From NCBI GenBank assembly GCA_905236245.1, contig CAJOPC010000019.1, positions 1 to 61,786 on the forward strand: DNA of 61,786 nt. The letters run 5' to 3'. Made by a program: the position numbers and the translations under genes. Numbering within the stretch: the first letter of the stretch is position 1; each line of letters begins with the position of its first letter. Of this stretch, positions 1-8,040 are shown piece by piece. The DNA comes from an uncultured Alphaproteobacteria bacterium (GTDB lineage Bacteria > Pseudomonadota > Alphaproteobacteria > CAAHEQ01 > UBA3637). Under the pieces are notes generated by a model. The model was not told where the DNA came from and made no database searches. It was given only the letters and a program-made list of their open reading frames with translations.

Positions 1-154
1 CTGGGGGGGGGCATGCTGCCTAGCATATTTCTACACATAAAATCTCCTTTGCTGTTTTGTTTGTTTTCTTTCTACCCCTTTTTTACGCTCTTGTCAAGAA
101 AAAGTTTGATTTTTTTGTTGGCTTGACTTAAACTAGTAAAGAAAAGGAGATATC

Positions 155-793
155 ATGGAACACGAAAAACATAAACATACATTGAAAAGATATTTTTTTA
201 CCGGTATTTTAATAACAGCTCCTGTAGCGATTACTCTCTTTTTGGCTCTTGAGTTGTTTAAGTGGGTTGATAGTTCTGTTATACGCTTTATTCCAGCAAA
301 ATATAATCCAGAAACTTATTTGCCCTATGGTTTGCCAGGTTTAGGAGTTTTGTTATTACTGTTGTTCTTGGTGATGGTTGGTATGCTAACCACAAATATT
401 ATGGGACGTTGGTTAATGGGTATTGGTCAACGGATGATAGAAAAAATGCCGATTATTTCTGGCGTATATTCGGCGTTGAAAAAGCTATTTGAAACTTTGT
501 TGGGACAGGGGAGCACAAGTGCCTTTCGTAAAGCTGTATTAGTTGAATATCCACGCAAAGGCGTATGGACGGTGGCTTTTTTGACGGCACCTGTTTATGA
601 AGGTTTTTATGACTTGTTGCCAGACGATATGGTAACTGTTTTTGTGCCGACAACACCAAACCCGACTTCCGGCTTTATGCTCTATATACCTAAAAAGGAA
701 GTCAAAGAACTTGATATGCGTGTGGATGATGCGTTTAAAATGGTTGTCTCTACAGGGATTGTGACGCCTTCAAAGCGGATAAAAAAGAAATAA
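155..793 (+). CDS. DUF502-family integral membrane protein
   Basis: 212-aa ORF with SD AAGGAG 5 nt before the ATG. It has N-terminal hydrophobic helices (ILITAPVAITLFLALELF, GVLLLLLFLVMVGML) followed by a soluble domain, the layout I associate with DUF502. Confidence 0.7.
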   Translation: MEHEKHKHTLKRYFFTGILITAPVAITLFLALELFKWVDSSVIRFIPAKYNPETYLPYGLPGLGVLLLLLFLVMVGMLTTNIMGRWLMGIGQRMIEKMPIISGVYSALKKLFETLLGQGSTSAFRKAVLVEYPRKGVWTVAFLTAPVYEGFYDLLPDDMVTVFVPTTPNPTSGFMLYIPKKEVKELDMRVDDAFKMVVSTGIVTPSKRIKKK

Positions 794-1718
794 CATCTTC
801 CAAGTTGCGATTATTGAGTGTTTGTTTATATGTTTTGGAAACGGAAGTCCCATGAAACAAACCCATCAAATGTGGTAAAATAACATTTAAATATGGTTGA
901 TTTCTTTGTATATAAGGAATCATTAATTCCAGAATTTTTGTGCGTGTAGGAAAAGGATGATTATCGTTGTAAAAACGCTTATCGATGTCTTTCATTAAAT
1001 ATGGATTTCCATAAGCCACACGGCCAATCATGACTCCGTCTACATGATTCAGATGATTTTGGGCGTCATCTAATGTTAGGATGTTGCCATTGACTGAAAT
1101 AGGCATATCCGGAAAAGATTTTTTAAGTTTGTAGACGGTGTTATAGTCAAGAGGTAATCGTTTGCGATTGTCTTCGGGCGACCAGTTGAGTTTTGCTTTA
1201 CGTGCATGCACAATTAAATGAGAACATCCTGCCTTTTGTGCTAGATCGGCAAAATGTAAAAGCGCTTGAAAACCATCTTCTGTCCCTTCTAAAGCAATAC
1301 GTGTTTTAACTGAAACGGGCAGGGGGGATTTTGCCTTCATTTCGGCTATGCATTCTGCAACTAATTCAGGAGATTTCATTAGGATAGCACCAAAACGACC
1401 GGACTGAACACGCGAGCTTGGACAGCCTGCATTAATGTTGATCCCGTCATATCCATACTCGGAGGCCATTTTTGCACATAAAGCCATTTGTTTTGGATCA
1501 GAGCCACCTACTTGTAAAATCACGGGGTGTTCTTCAACATTGTATTGGAGCAATTGATCTTTTTTACCCAAAATAAGGGCAGGAGCTGCAACCATTTCTG
1601 TATATAGTGTGGCATGTTGGGTAATGAGACGCATAAAATATCGAAAATGCCGATCGGTCCAATCTAGCATGGGGGCAATAGATATTTTTTCTGAAAAAGC
1701 TTGTTTTTTTCGTTGCAT
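750..1718 (-). CDS. dusA: tRNA-dihydrouridine synthase A
   Basis: ISIAPMLDWTDRHFRYFMRLIT matches the DusA N-terminal signature and the rest looks like a TIM-barrel Dus fold. The ORF track starts at 1736; the ATG at 1718 (MQRKK...) is more likely. The gene overlaps the convergent DUF502 gene by 44 nt. Confidence 0.85.
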   Translation of the reverse strand: MQRKKQAFSEKISIAPMLDWTDRHFRYFMRLITQHATLYTEMVAAPALILGKKDQLLQYNVEEHPVILQVGGSDPKQMALCAKMASEYGYDGININAGCPSSRVQSGRFGAILMKSPELVAECIAEMKAKSPLPVSVKTRIALEGTEDGFQALLHFADLAQKAGCSHLIVHARKAKLNWSPEDNRKRLPLDYNTVYKLKKSFPDMPISVNGNILTLDDAQNHLNHVDGVMIGRVAYGNPYLMKDIDKRFYNDNHPFPTRTKILELMIPYIQRNQPYLNVILPHLMGLFHGTSVSKTYKQTLNNRNLEDVISFLSALKASQSL

Positions 1719-1762
1719 GCGTGTATAATAGCACAAAGTGGAACAAAAAGAAAGGTATAAAA

Positions 1763-1984
1763 ATGCAGCTGACCTCTGAAGAATTAGAAAAAATTCAAAC
1801 TTATTTACAACAACTTTTTTGGAATCCGGAGATTGTGCTTCGTCCAGGAACGGGGCATGATGCTCCAGCAGAAGTTTATGTTGGTAAAGAATTTATTGGT
1901 GTTGTCTATAAAAACTCTGATGATGGAGAAATTTCCTATGACTGGAATATGTCCATTTTACAGGAAGATATAGAAAAATTCTAA
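1763..1984 (+). CDS. DUF3126 family protein
   Basis: MQLTSEELEKIQTYLQQLF...AEVYVGKEFIGVVYKN is typical of a small alphaproteobacterial DUF3126 protein. I prefer the ATG at 1763 over the track start at 1721. Confidence 0.7.
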   Translation: MQLTSEELEKIQTYLQQLFWNPEIVLRPGTGHDAPAEVYVGKEFIGVVYKNSDDGEISYDWNMSILQEDIEKF

Positions 1985-3195
1985 TTTGTTACGACAGTAT
2001 TACGTTGTTGTATACAGCGGCCGCCCTCAAAGACGTATCCGTCTTGGCATTTGCAGTATCCATTGATATAGTTTCTTCCTTCCCATTTAGTTAATGGACA
2101 AGCGTCACATAAATACTTTGATTTTAATTGATCTGGTGTGACTAGCTCACATGAAACACAGCTGTTTTGGATAGAAACAGTTTGTGGTGGACATTTATAG
2201 GCATAGGGTTCTTGATAAAATCTATTGCATGAGGCTGCTACTTGAATTGCATTATCCAGGCCATATTCTACAAAGGCGGTATGAGGTGCTTCTCCGCAAG
2301 TATAGCACAGTCCTTTTTCATCCATAAGAGGTTTTTCCGCAGGACATTGGCAAATGCCTTTTGCCGAACGTTTTTGCAGAGGATCTGGACAGTTTTCCAA
2401 ATAGCTGTAAAGACCTGCGCGAACACGGTTGGAACAAAAACCTCCCGGATTTCCCATTTGTTCATTGTGTATAGAGGAATCGATACGTGGTTCTGTGTCT
2501 GTGCAAGAATAGCAACCATCTTTACCAAAGAATTCCCCAGGAAGACAGCATTTGTCCGTGTCGACAGAACAGCCCAAATCGCGTTTCAGTTCATTGTCAA
2601 ATTGTAAACGTTGATAGCAAAATCCGTCTAATACATGATCGCGTAGACAGCAAATTTTTGCATACTCTCCATTTTTTTGATAACTAGGAGTATTAAGAAC
2701 TCTATCAATTGCACAGATAGTGTTATCCTTAACACATTTGTCTGCACACACACCTTGTGGCATACATATGCCGCAATCTATACAATCTTCGTCTTTTTGG
2801 CACTTTTCTCCTGATCCATCTAGATTAGGCGAAAAAGTAAAAGTTAGCTCTGTTGCATAAGTGCAATCCGTAGGGGTTGTTGTTGTAGGAGACAGCCAAT
2901 TAATCTTTTGGATCTCACGACAAAGTGAAGGTTTTAAGTTCTTAACAGTGCAATAAAAAAAAGGAGAACCTTGGATAACATCACAGGTTGTCGAATAGTG
3001 GTTGTTAATGAGAAATGTGCGGGCTTCAAAAGAAGGGTTTTCTTTTTTCAATTCCGGAGCAATCAGTAAAGCGTTCCGTTGGATTTGTTGTAAAATTTCA
3101 AAGGCATTGCTTTTATTCAACCAAGTGCATATTCCAAAACAAAACATGGCAATGGTAAAAGCTAAAAAAACTATGAACGCACCAATGCGGAGCAT
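1981..3195 (-). CDS. cysteine-rich, N-terminally membrane-anchored protein (EGF/furin-like Cys spacing)
   Basis: TM helix IGAFIVFLAFTIAMFCFGICTW is followed by about 380 aa with dense CxxC/CxC spacing. The track start at 3246 is a TTG inside a TTGACA box. The ATG at 3195 has SD AGGGGGAAAAAG. This is the last gene of the 6013->1981 operon. Confidence 0.6.
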   Translation of the reverse strand: MLRIGAFIVFLAFTIAMFCFGICTWLNKSNAFEILQQIQRNALLIAPELKKENPSFEARTFLINNHYSTTCDVIQGSPFFYCTVKNLKPSLCREIQKINWLSPTTTTPTDCTYATELTFTFSPNLDGSGEKCQKDEDCIDCGICMPQGVCADKCVKDNTICAIDRVLNTPSYQKNGEYAKICCLRDHVLDGFCYQRLQFDNELKRDLGCSVDTDKCCLPGEFFGKDGCYSCTDTEPRIDSSIHNEQMGNPGGFCSNRVRAGLYSYLENCPDPLQKRSAKGICQCPAEKPLMDEKGLCYTCGEAPHTAFVEYGLDNAIQVAASCNRFYQEPYAYKCPPQTVSIQNSCVSCELVTPDQLKSKYLCDACPLTKWEGRNYINGYCKCQDGYVFEGGRCIQQRNTVVTN

Positions 3196-3289
3196 CTTTT
3201 TCCCCCTATTGGGAATAGAAATATCAGAAAAACAGCAAACTGTCAAGCTAAATTTGCTATATAATTTTTTTTATTTTACAAGAGATAAA

Positions 3290-4132
3290 TTACCTCAAGT
3301 TTCCGGCAGCTTGGGGTAGAGGAAGTTCATCAATAATGCGAATAGAGGGCTTTTGTTGCTTTAATTTATGCAAAGCTCTTTTTTGGGCTATTGATAATTC
3401 CTTTTGGACCATAACGAACCGAAGAGATCTATGCATAGCTTGATCCAACTGGTAATTGAACTCTAATCTTTGATCTATTGACTCCCATAACTTTTTGTTA
3501 AATCTATTTCCTTGTAAATCGAGATGTGTTAGGGTTGTATTTTTAGTCAAAGCATTGGCAATTGCTGTTATGCCAGGGCTGCGAATCCCTGTGAAAAGTA
3601 ATTTTAAATGCTTTAATGCCGAGTTTTGCTCCAAAGCAGAGGCCAAAGCTATTGCACCTTCATCTTTGATGTTTTCTCCAATTAAATGAAGCCCTTCAAT
3701 AGATTTATTTCCCTTTAAAGCGTTGGCTAATAACTTAATGGTTTGCGTATTTAAGCCAGTTTCGCCGAGAAAACGAAGGAATTTAATAGATGACGAAGTT
3801 TTTAAAGCAGTAGTCAAAATCTGCATATCTTCTAAATCCAATTCATTTTTCCAAAAGGTGAGTGATTCTACGGGCGGGCGATGAGAACCTCTTTGAGAAA
3901 TGATTTTAGCTAAAGCATGGATACATCTTTTTGGACTTCTTTGGCCGTGCGTTAATAATCCGAAATGCACGCCATAAAAACTTAGATCTTTTATCACATT
4001 ATTAAGCCTTAATGATTGGAAAAAAATAGGCAAATCCATTTGATAAATAATGCTGCTTTCAATGGTTAGAGACGTGAGTGTTGGATCGTTTCTCTCTAAT
4101 TCCGAACAAATATTACGTATAAATTGAGTCAT
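3290..4132 (-). CDS. RNI/ribonuclease-inhibitor-type leucine-rich repeat protein
   Basis: About 28-aa repeats such as NKSIEGLHLIGENIKDEGAIALASALEQNSALKHLKL and TTLTHLDLQGNRF. SD GAAGGAAG lies before the ATG at 4132. Confidence 0.7.
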   Translation of the reverse strand: MTQFIRNICSELERNDPTLTSLTIESSIIYQMDLPIFFQSLRLNNVIKDLSFYGVHFGLLTHGQRSPKRCIHALAKIISQRGSHRPPVESLTFWKNELDLEDMQILTTALKTSSSIKFLRFLGETGLNTQTIKLLANALKGNKSIEGLHLIGENIKDEGAIALASALEQNSALKHLKLLFTGIRSPGITAIANALTKNTTLTHLDLQGNRFNKKLWESIDQRLEFNYQLDQAMHRSLRFVMVQKELSIAQKRALHKLKQQKPSIRIIDELPLPQAAGNLR

Positions 4133-4151
4133 GGTTACTTCCTTCGTAGGA

Positions 4152-4859
4152 TTAGTTTCGTTGAAGCGTTTTTATAAAAATAGCGGGATCCATTTTAGGG
4201 CCTTCCATATTTACAAGATTGCCTCTTTTAGGTCTTAAACGACTTACTAAAATTGTGATTGCTTCTGCACTTAACTTATTTGTGTCAATTGATATAAAGT
4301 TTAATGGAGTATTTGGTAAAATGTTGCTAGCTAAAGCATTAACTCCTTCGTCGGATATATCATTATTTCCTAAATTGAGTGCTGATAAAGAGGGATGTTT
4401 CGCAATAGATTGAGAAAGAGTTTCTACGCCTTTGGATTGAATATCATTTCCAGCTAAATCCAAGCTTACCAAAGAGGTGTTTTGCTGTAAGCCAGGAGCT
4501 AAAATTTGAATGCTTTCATCTGTTAGTCCTGCACTTCTAATCCCCAGTTGTCGAATGGTTTGGGTTTCTTTTAATAGTTCAGATAAAGAAGTAAGAACAG
4601 ATTCAGTTATTGGAACACGGTTAAATGTTAAAGAGCTTAAAGTGTTATTTGTTCTGAGCGAATCAATAAGACTGACAAGCTCTGAGGGCTCAGCATTAAA
4701 TTTATCTAAACATAAAGAGCGTAGACTGGTATTGCCCTTTTGAAGTATAAGAGTTAGAAGGTTGAGATTTTCAATCGGACCATCTTTGTATAAATCTAGA
4801 TGTGTTAAACGATTATTTGAGAGATTTTCATAAATGGCAGTAGAAGTGGTTTGTGTCAT
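4152..4859 (-). CDS. RNI-type leucine-rich repeat protein
   Basis: Repeats TSLVSLDLAGNDIQSKGVETLSQSIAKHPSLSALNLGNNDISDEGVNALASNI. SD AGGAGGAAG. The start overlaps the upstream gene's stop as ATGA. Confidence 0.7.
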   Translation of the reverse strand: MTQTTSTAIYENLSNNRLTHLDLYKDGPIENLNLLTLILQKGNTSLRSLCLDKFNAEPSELVSLIDSLRTNNTLSSLTFNRVPITESVLTSLSELLKETQTIRQLGIRSAGLTDESIQILAPGLQQNTSLVSLDLAGNDIQSKGVETLSQSIAKHPSLSALNLGNNDISDEGVNALASNILPNTPLNFISIDTNKLSAEAITILVSRLRPKRGNLVNMEGPKMDPAIFIKTLQRN

Positions 4860-6013
4860 TTTCTTCCTCCTATGTTTAATTGTTTTAGTGCGGCCGGAGT
4901 CAAAGGAGCGGAGCCTTTGTTGTTTGTGGTTGCTAATCGGGCAGGGGATAACAAAGAGTTCATTATAGAGTTTAATACAGTTGGCGAGATTGCCTTTTTG
5001 GGATTTTTAGTTGACATCCATTTCCCATTTATTAATTGATAACTATCTATACATTTCCTCGCGGTGTTGTATTCGTATAAAATTTCTTTTTGAATTTCAT
5101 TTCTCGCGTTATGATGTGTTTCTTTAACGCATTGATATTGAGCATTGTATTCACAAACGATCCTGCTTACCAGCTGATTTTGTGCATCTCTAATGTAAAA
5201 AGTTTTTGAAATCAGTTGTCCGTTAAATTGAAATATTTCTGCACGAAGGACATTGGCCGGTTGGTAGTGTCTTTCGCGACTGCTTGTTTCTTGAATTTTG
5301 CTCGCAGGATCATAGGTTTCTGTGTAAGTTGTCCTAATGTCCATCATTCCTTCTCGGTGAAAGTCATAGAGCGTTTTGGAACTTAATTTTCCATTTTGTC
5401 TTAAAAACAACTCTTGATGAATATTTCCATCTTGATATTTTTCAATATGTCTAGGGCGTTTGTGAGCATCCCTTGCTATAACCAAGCTAATTTTGTCATT
5501 TTTAAAATAGCCCTTTGTGATGCCGTCGTATTCATTAGTGCTGTCCGGGGTTCCTTCTTCATATCTGAGGGCATTTCCATTCCATCTTGAAAAATAGGTT
5601 GTTTTAGGTGGATCGAGCCAATATTCCGTAATAGAAGGCAAGATCTTTCTGCTGGGTTGAGATAATTGTTTTACAAGGTTGCTGTATGCATCATAAACGA
5701 AACTGTAAGTAGTTTTTCTGTGTTTTTTATCAAAAAGCTGCATTTGAAGTAATTGCCCTTGATCGTTTACTTCAATTATGGAAACGGGATTATTATCGGC
5801 ATCATAAATTGTTTTTACAAAACCCCCGCGATCGGTTCTTTTTGTCAGTTCTGCAAGATTAATGCCTTGGTAAATCCGCACTTGAGAGGTATATTCGCCA
5901 TCATCAATGTGTTGATAAACAATGACTCGACCATTGTTTTGAATGGTTTCGCCAATGACGTGCTCATCTATGTCGTATACCCTGTTTGTCACTTGCATCC
6001 TTTGATTTCCCAT
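4856..6013 (-). CDS. hypothetical repeat protein with YD/RHS-like or MORN-variant motifs
   Basis: 385-aa ORF and first gene of the operon. It has recurrent Y-D/Y-x-Y-D-like beta-hairpin motifs (IYDADNNPVSI, VYDAYSNLVKQ, LYDFHREGM, TYDPASKIQ, YEYNTARKCI). No signal peptide is seen. Confidence 0.45.
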   Translation of the reverse strand: MGNQRMQVTNRVYDIDEHVIGETIQNNGRVIVYQHIDDGEYTSQVRIYQGINLAELTKRTDRGGFVKTIYDADNNPVSIIEVNDQGQLLQMQLFDKKHRKTTYSFVYDAYSNLVKQLSQPSRKILPSITEYWLDPPKTTYFSRWNGNALRYEEGTPDSTNEYDGITKGYFKNDKISLVIARDAHKRPRHIEKYQDGNIHQELFLRQNGKLSSKTLYDFHREGMMDIRTTYTETYDPASKIQETSSRERHYQPANVLRAEIFQFNGQLISKTFYIRDAQNQLVSRIVCEYNAQYQCVKETHHNARNEIQKEILYEYNTARKCIDSYQLINGKWMSTKNPKKAISPTVLNSIMNSLLSPARLATTNNKGSAPLTPAALKQLNIGGRK

Positions 6014-6055
6014 GTTATTTAAAAATTTTTGTCAATTTTTCGCACGAGTGGGGGA

Positions 6056-6084
6056 ATTATACCATATTTTTGCAAAAAAATCAA
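6056..6084 (-). promoter_or_regulatory. sigma70-type promoter of the LRR/Cys-rich operon
   Basis: The minus strand reads TTGATT-17 nt-TATAAT, with TG one nt upstream of the -10 (TGgTATAAT). Confidence 0.5.
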
Positions 6085-6181
6085 TAAAAAATTTAAACTG
6101 TTTCTTTTAGTTTGCCGCTTGTATACTAGTTTTTTTTAACTTTCAATGATAAAAAATTGAATATCAAAATGGTTTTATTCG

Positions 6182-6210
6182 TTGACAGCACTTTTTAAAT
6201 GTGTTATAAT
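6182..6210 (+). promoter_or_regulatory. consensus sigma70 promoter
   Basis: TTGACA (6182-6187), an exact 17-nt spacer, then TATAAT (6205-6210). The ORF track used the TTG of this -35 box as a start codon. Confidence 0.65.
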
Positions 6211-6232
6211 CCGCCGCCAGAAAGGAGTTGCT

Positions 6233-7030
6233 ATGACTATTTACATTGATTTTATTGCAGATTATGGGGAAAAAACAGGCGTTGATGATTTAGCATTTTC
6301 AGAGGTTAATCGCCGTCTTGTAGAAGAGTTTATCAAAAATGGTTTGGATTTTCCGATGATTAAAAATCTTTCTGTTCACCCCTTTAATACGGTTGAAACA
6401 GGTTTTGTTGTTGCTCAATTAGCTCAAAATTCTCGTTTGAAATCAAAACATATTGTTTATCATAATACAGCTCCACGAAAGGATGAGCTTTCTGCGCGTT
6501 TCAATAATGCCGGAGAGTTTTTGGCTGTTTCAGAATTGTCCAATGGAACCCGTGTGATAGGTGTTTTTGGTGGATATACTTTTTCTTTTATAGACGCGCC
6601 CATCTATCGTGTTAAATGTGCTTCGGATGGCTCTCAATTTAGGTCGCGTGACGTGTTCCCGCCTTGTGTTGCTTCGTTGGCGGCACATGGGGATAAGCCT
6701 TTATCCAGCTGGCCATTATTAGGAGAACAAATCACGGATGTTCCTGCGGTTCCTGAGAACATTGTTTGCTCCGTGGACGGCTATGGTAATATTAAAACGA
6801 ATGTCCATTTAATTGGAACGGCACGAATTGCGTCTATTAATGGAGTTGCTTTGCCAATTTCCACTGGTGCAGGTATTTTTGCGGTGCCAGATGGTGGACT
6901 AATTTTTGCCCCTGGATCCTCTGGTTGGAAAGGGATGGTTTGCACAGAATTGTGTCTACGAGGCGGTTCTGCTGCAAAGGCTTTTAACTATCCGACGCCA
7001 GGAATGGAAGTTGTTATTAAACAATTTTAA
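6233..7030 (+). CDS. hypothetical protein
   Basis: ATG at 6233 is preceded by AAAGGAG. The protein is 265 aa and begins MTIYIDFIADYG... It has only a faint resemblance to SAM-hydrolase (DUF62)-type N-termini (xDFG..D...). Confidence 0.6.
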   Translation: MTIYIDFIADYGEKTGVDDLAFSEVNRRLVEEFIKNGLDFPMIKNLSVHPFNTVETGFVVAQLAQNSRLKSKHIVYHNTAPRKDELSARFNNAGEFLAVSELSNGTRVIGVFGGYTFSFIDAPIYRVKCASDGSQFRSRDVFPPCVASLAAHGDKPLSSWPLLGEQITDVPAVPENIVCSVDGYGNIKTNVHLIGTARIASINGVALPISTGAGIFAVPDGGLIFAPGSSGWKGMVCTELCLRGGSAAKAFNYPTPGMEVVIKQF

Positions 7031-7057
7031 AAAAAATTATTTCTTTGTAATTTTTTG

Positions 7058-7086
7058 TTGCAACTAAATTTGCGGCGTGTTATAGT
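7058..7086 (+). promoter_or_regulatory. sigma70-type promoter
   Basis: TTGCAA-17 nt-TATAGT, followed by SD AAAGGAGG and the ATG at 7108. Confidence 0.5.
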
Positions 7087-7107
7087 GTTGTAAAAGGAGG
7101 ATTTGAT

Positions 7108-7572
7108 ATGAAATTATTTGTAGGTTTATGTATTATTAGCGCATGTTTTTCTGCGGCGTTTTATGCTCGGGCAGAAGAGGGGATTTTAAGCCCAACAGAG
7201 GAAGAAGTTTCTGTGAAACAAGAGAAGGGGAATTCCGCAGTTAAGGTGGAAAAAGCCCGTATGAATTCTAAAAAATCTTCAAGAAAGAGTGCAAAAGAAC
7301 GTGCAAGATCTAAAAGAAAATGCAAAAATGCTGTGGCTAAAAAGGAAATAACTCCAATTGGAGATAAAAAGAAGTTGCCTGCATTTTCTGAACAAAAAGG
7401 AGATTCCCTGCATGAGGAAATTACCGATGCTTCTTTAGAAGTTGGTACAGATTCTGAAATTGATAAACAAGGACGTAAGATTAAAAAGAATAAGCGTAGT
7501 AAAAATCAACGCAACAAAAAATCTAAAAAAATGAAGAAAGTGCCTGTTGAAGAGATCGTATCTGAGGAATAA
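7108..7572 (+). CDS. secreted lysine/arginine-rich protein
   Basis: Signal peptide MKLFVGLCIISACFSAAFYARA, then basic clusters KKSSRKSAKERARSKRKCK and KIKKNKRSKNQRNKKSKKMKK. Confidence 0.65.
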   Translation: MKLFVGLCIISACFSAAFYARAEEGILSPTEEEVSVKQEKGNSAVKVEKARMNSKKSSRKSAKERARSKRKCKNAVAKKEITPIGDKKKLPAFSEQKGDSLHEEITDASLEVGTDSEIDKQGRKIKKNKRSKNQRNKKSKKMKKVPVEEIVSEE

Positions 7573-7596
7573 ATTTTTTGGCTGATGTTTTTTAAG

Positions 7597-7624
7597 AAAA
7601 GTCCCGAGTTTCGGGACTTTTTTG
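7597..7624 (+). terminator. rho-independent terminator
   Basis: GTCCCGA-gtt-TCGGGAC stem followed by TTTTTT. Confidence 0.65.
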
Positions 7625-7746
7625 TTGAGATTTGGAAGGTTTGTTTTAAATATGGCTATAAATTTTTTAATCAGTTAAAGTAGCTTTTGATTATGATATT
7701 TAATGTTTAATAATCAATGTGTAATATTGATTCTGTCAATTTTTGC

Positions 7747-7775
7747 TTGACATTTTGACAAAAATAGTATATAAT
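7747..7775 (+). promoter_or_regulatory. consensus sigma70 promoter
   Basis: TTGACA (7747-7752)-17 nt-TATAAT (7770-7775). Confidence 0.6.
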
Positions 7776-7807
7776 ATCACCTATCGAAACAAAGAGAGGA
7801 GGTTCCC

Positions 7808-7975
7808 ATGGATAAAGATAAATCATTTTCAACAGATCTTATTATAGCTTTATTGGCTGTGGCAATGTTAGCATCTACAAGTATGGCTATATTCAACAGA
7901 TCGTTTTTGAAAAATGGAAATGACAATGAAACTCACAAAGCAAAAACCATCATGAGTTTGGTTGTTCGTCAATAA
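7808..7975 (+). CDS. 55-aa single-pass membrane micro-protein (below the ORF-track cutoff)
   Basis: SD GAGAGGAGG 5 nt before the ATG. Sequence MDKDKSFSTDLIIALLAVAMLASTSMAIFNRSFLKNGNDNETHKAKTIMSLVVRQ. It has its own promoter and terminator. Confidence 0.45.
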   Translation: MDKDKSFSTDLIIALLAVAMLASTSMAIFNRSFLKNGNDNETHKAKTIMSLVVRQ

Positions 7976-7993
7976 TGCCAGTATAAATATTTC

Positions 7994-8025
7994 AAAAAAG
8001 AGCCCCTTAAATTAGGGGCTTTTTA
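7994..8025. terminator. bidirectional rho-independent terminator
   Basis: AGCCCCT-taaatt-AGGGGCT flanked by an A-run and a T-run. It lies between the convergent micro-gene and the 894-aa gene. Confidence 0.6.
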
Positions 8026-8040
8026 ATAAGATTTCTATGG

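Noticed and set aside
1-30. G9 run and the partial palindrome GCATGCTGCCTAGCAT at the window edge.
   Set aside because: It is truncated by the window boundary, so context is missing and it cannot be interpreted.
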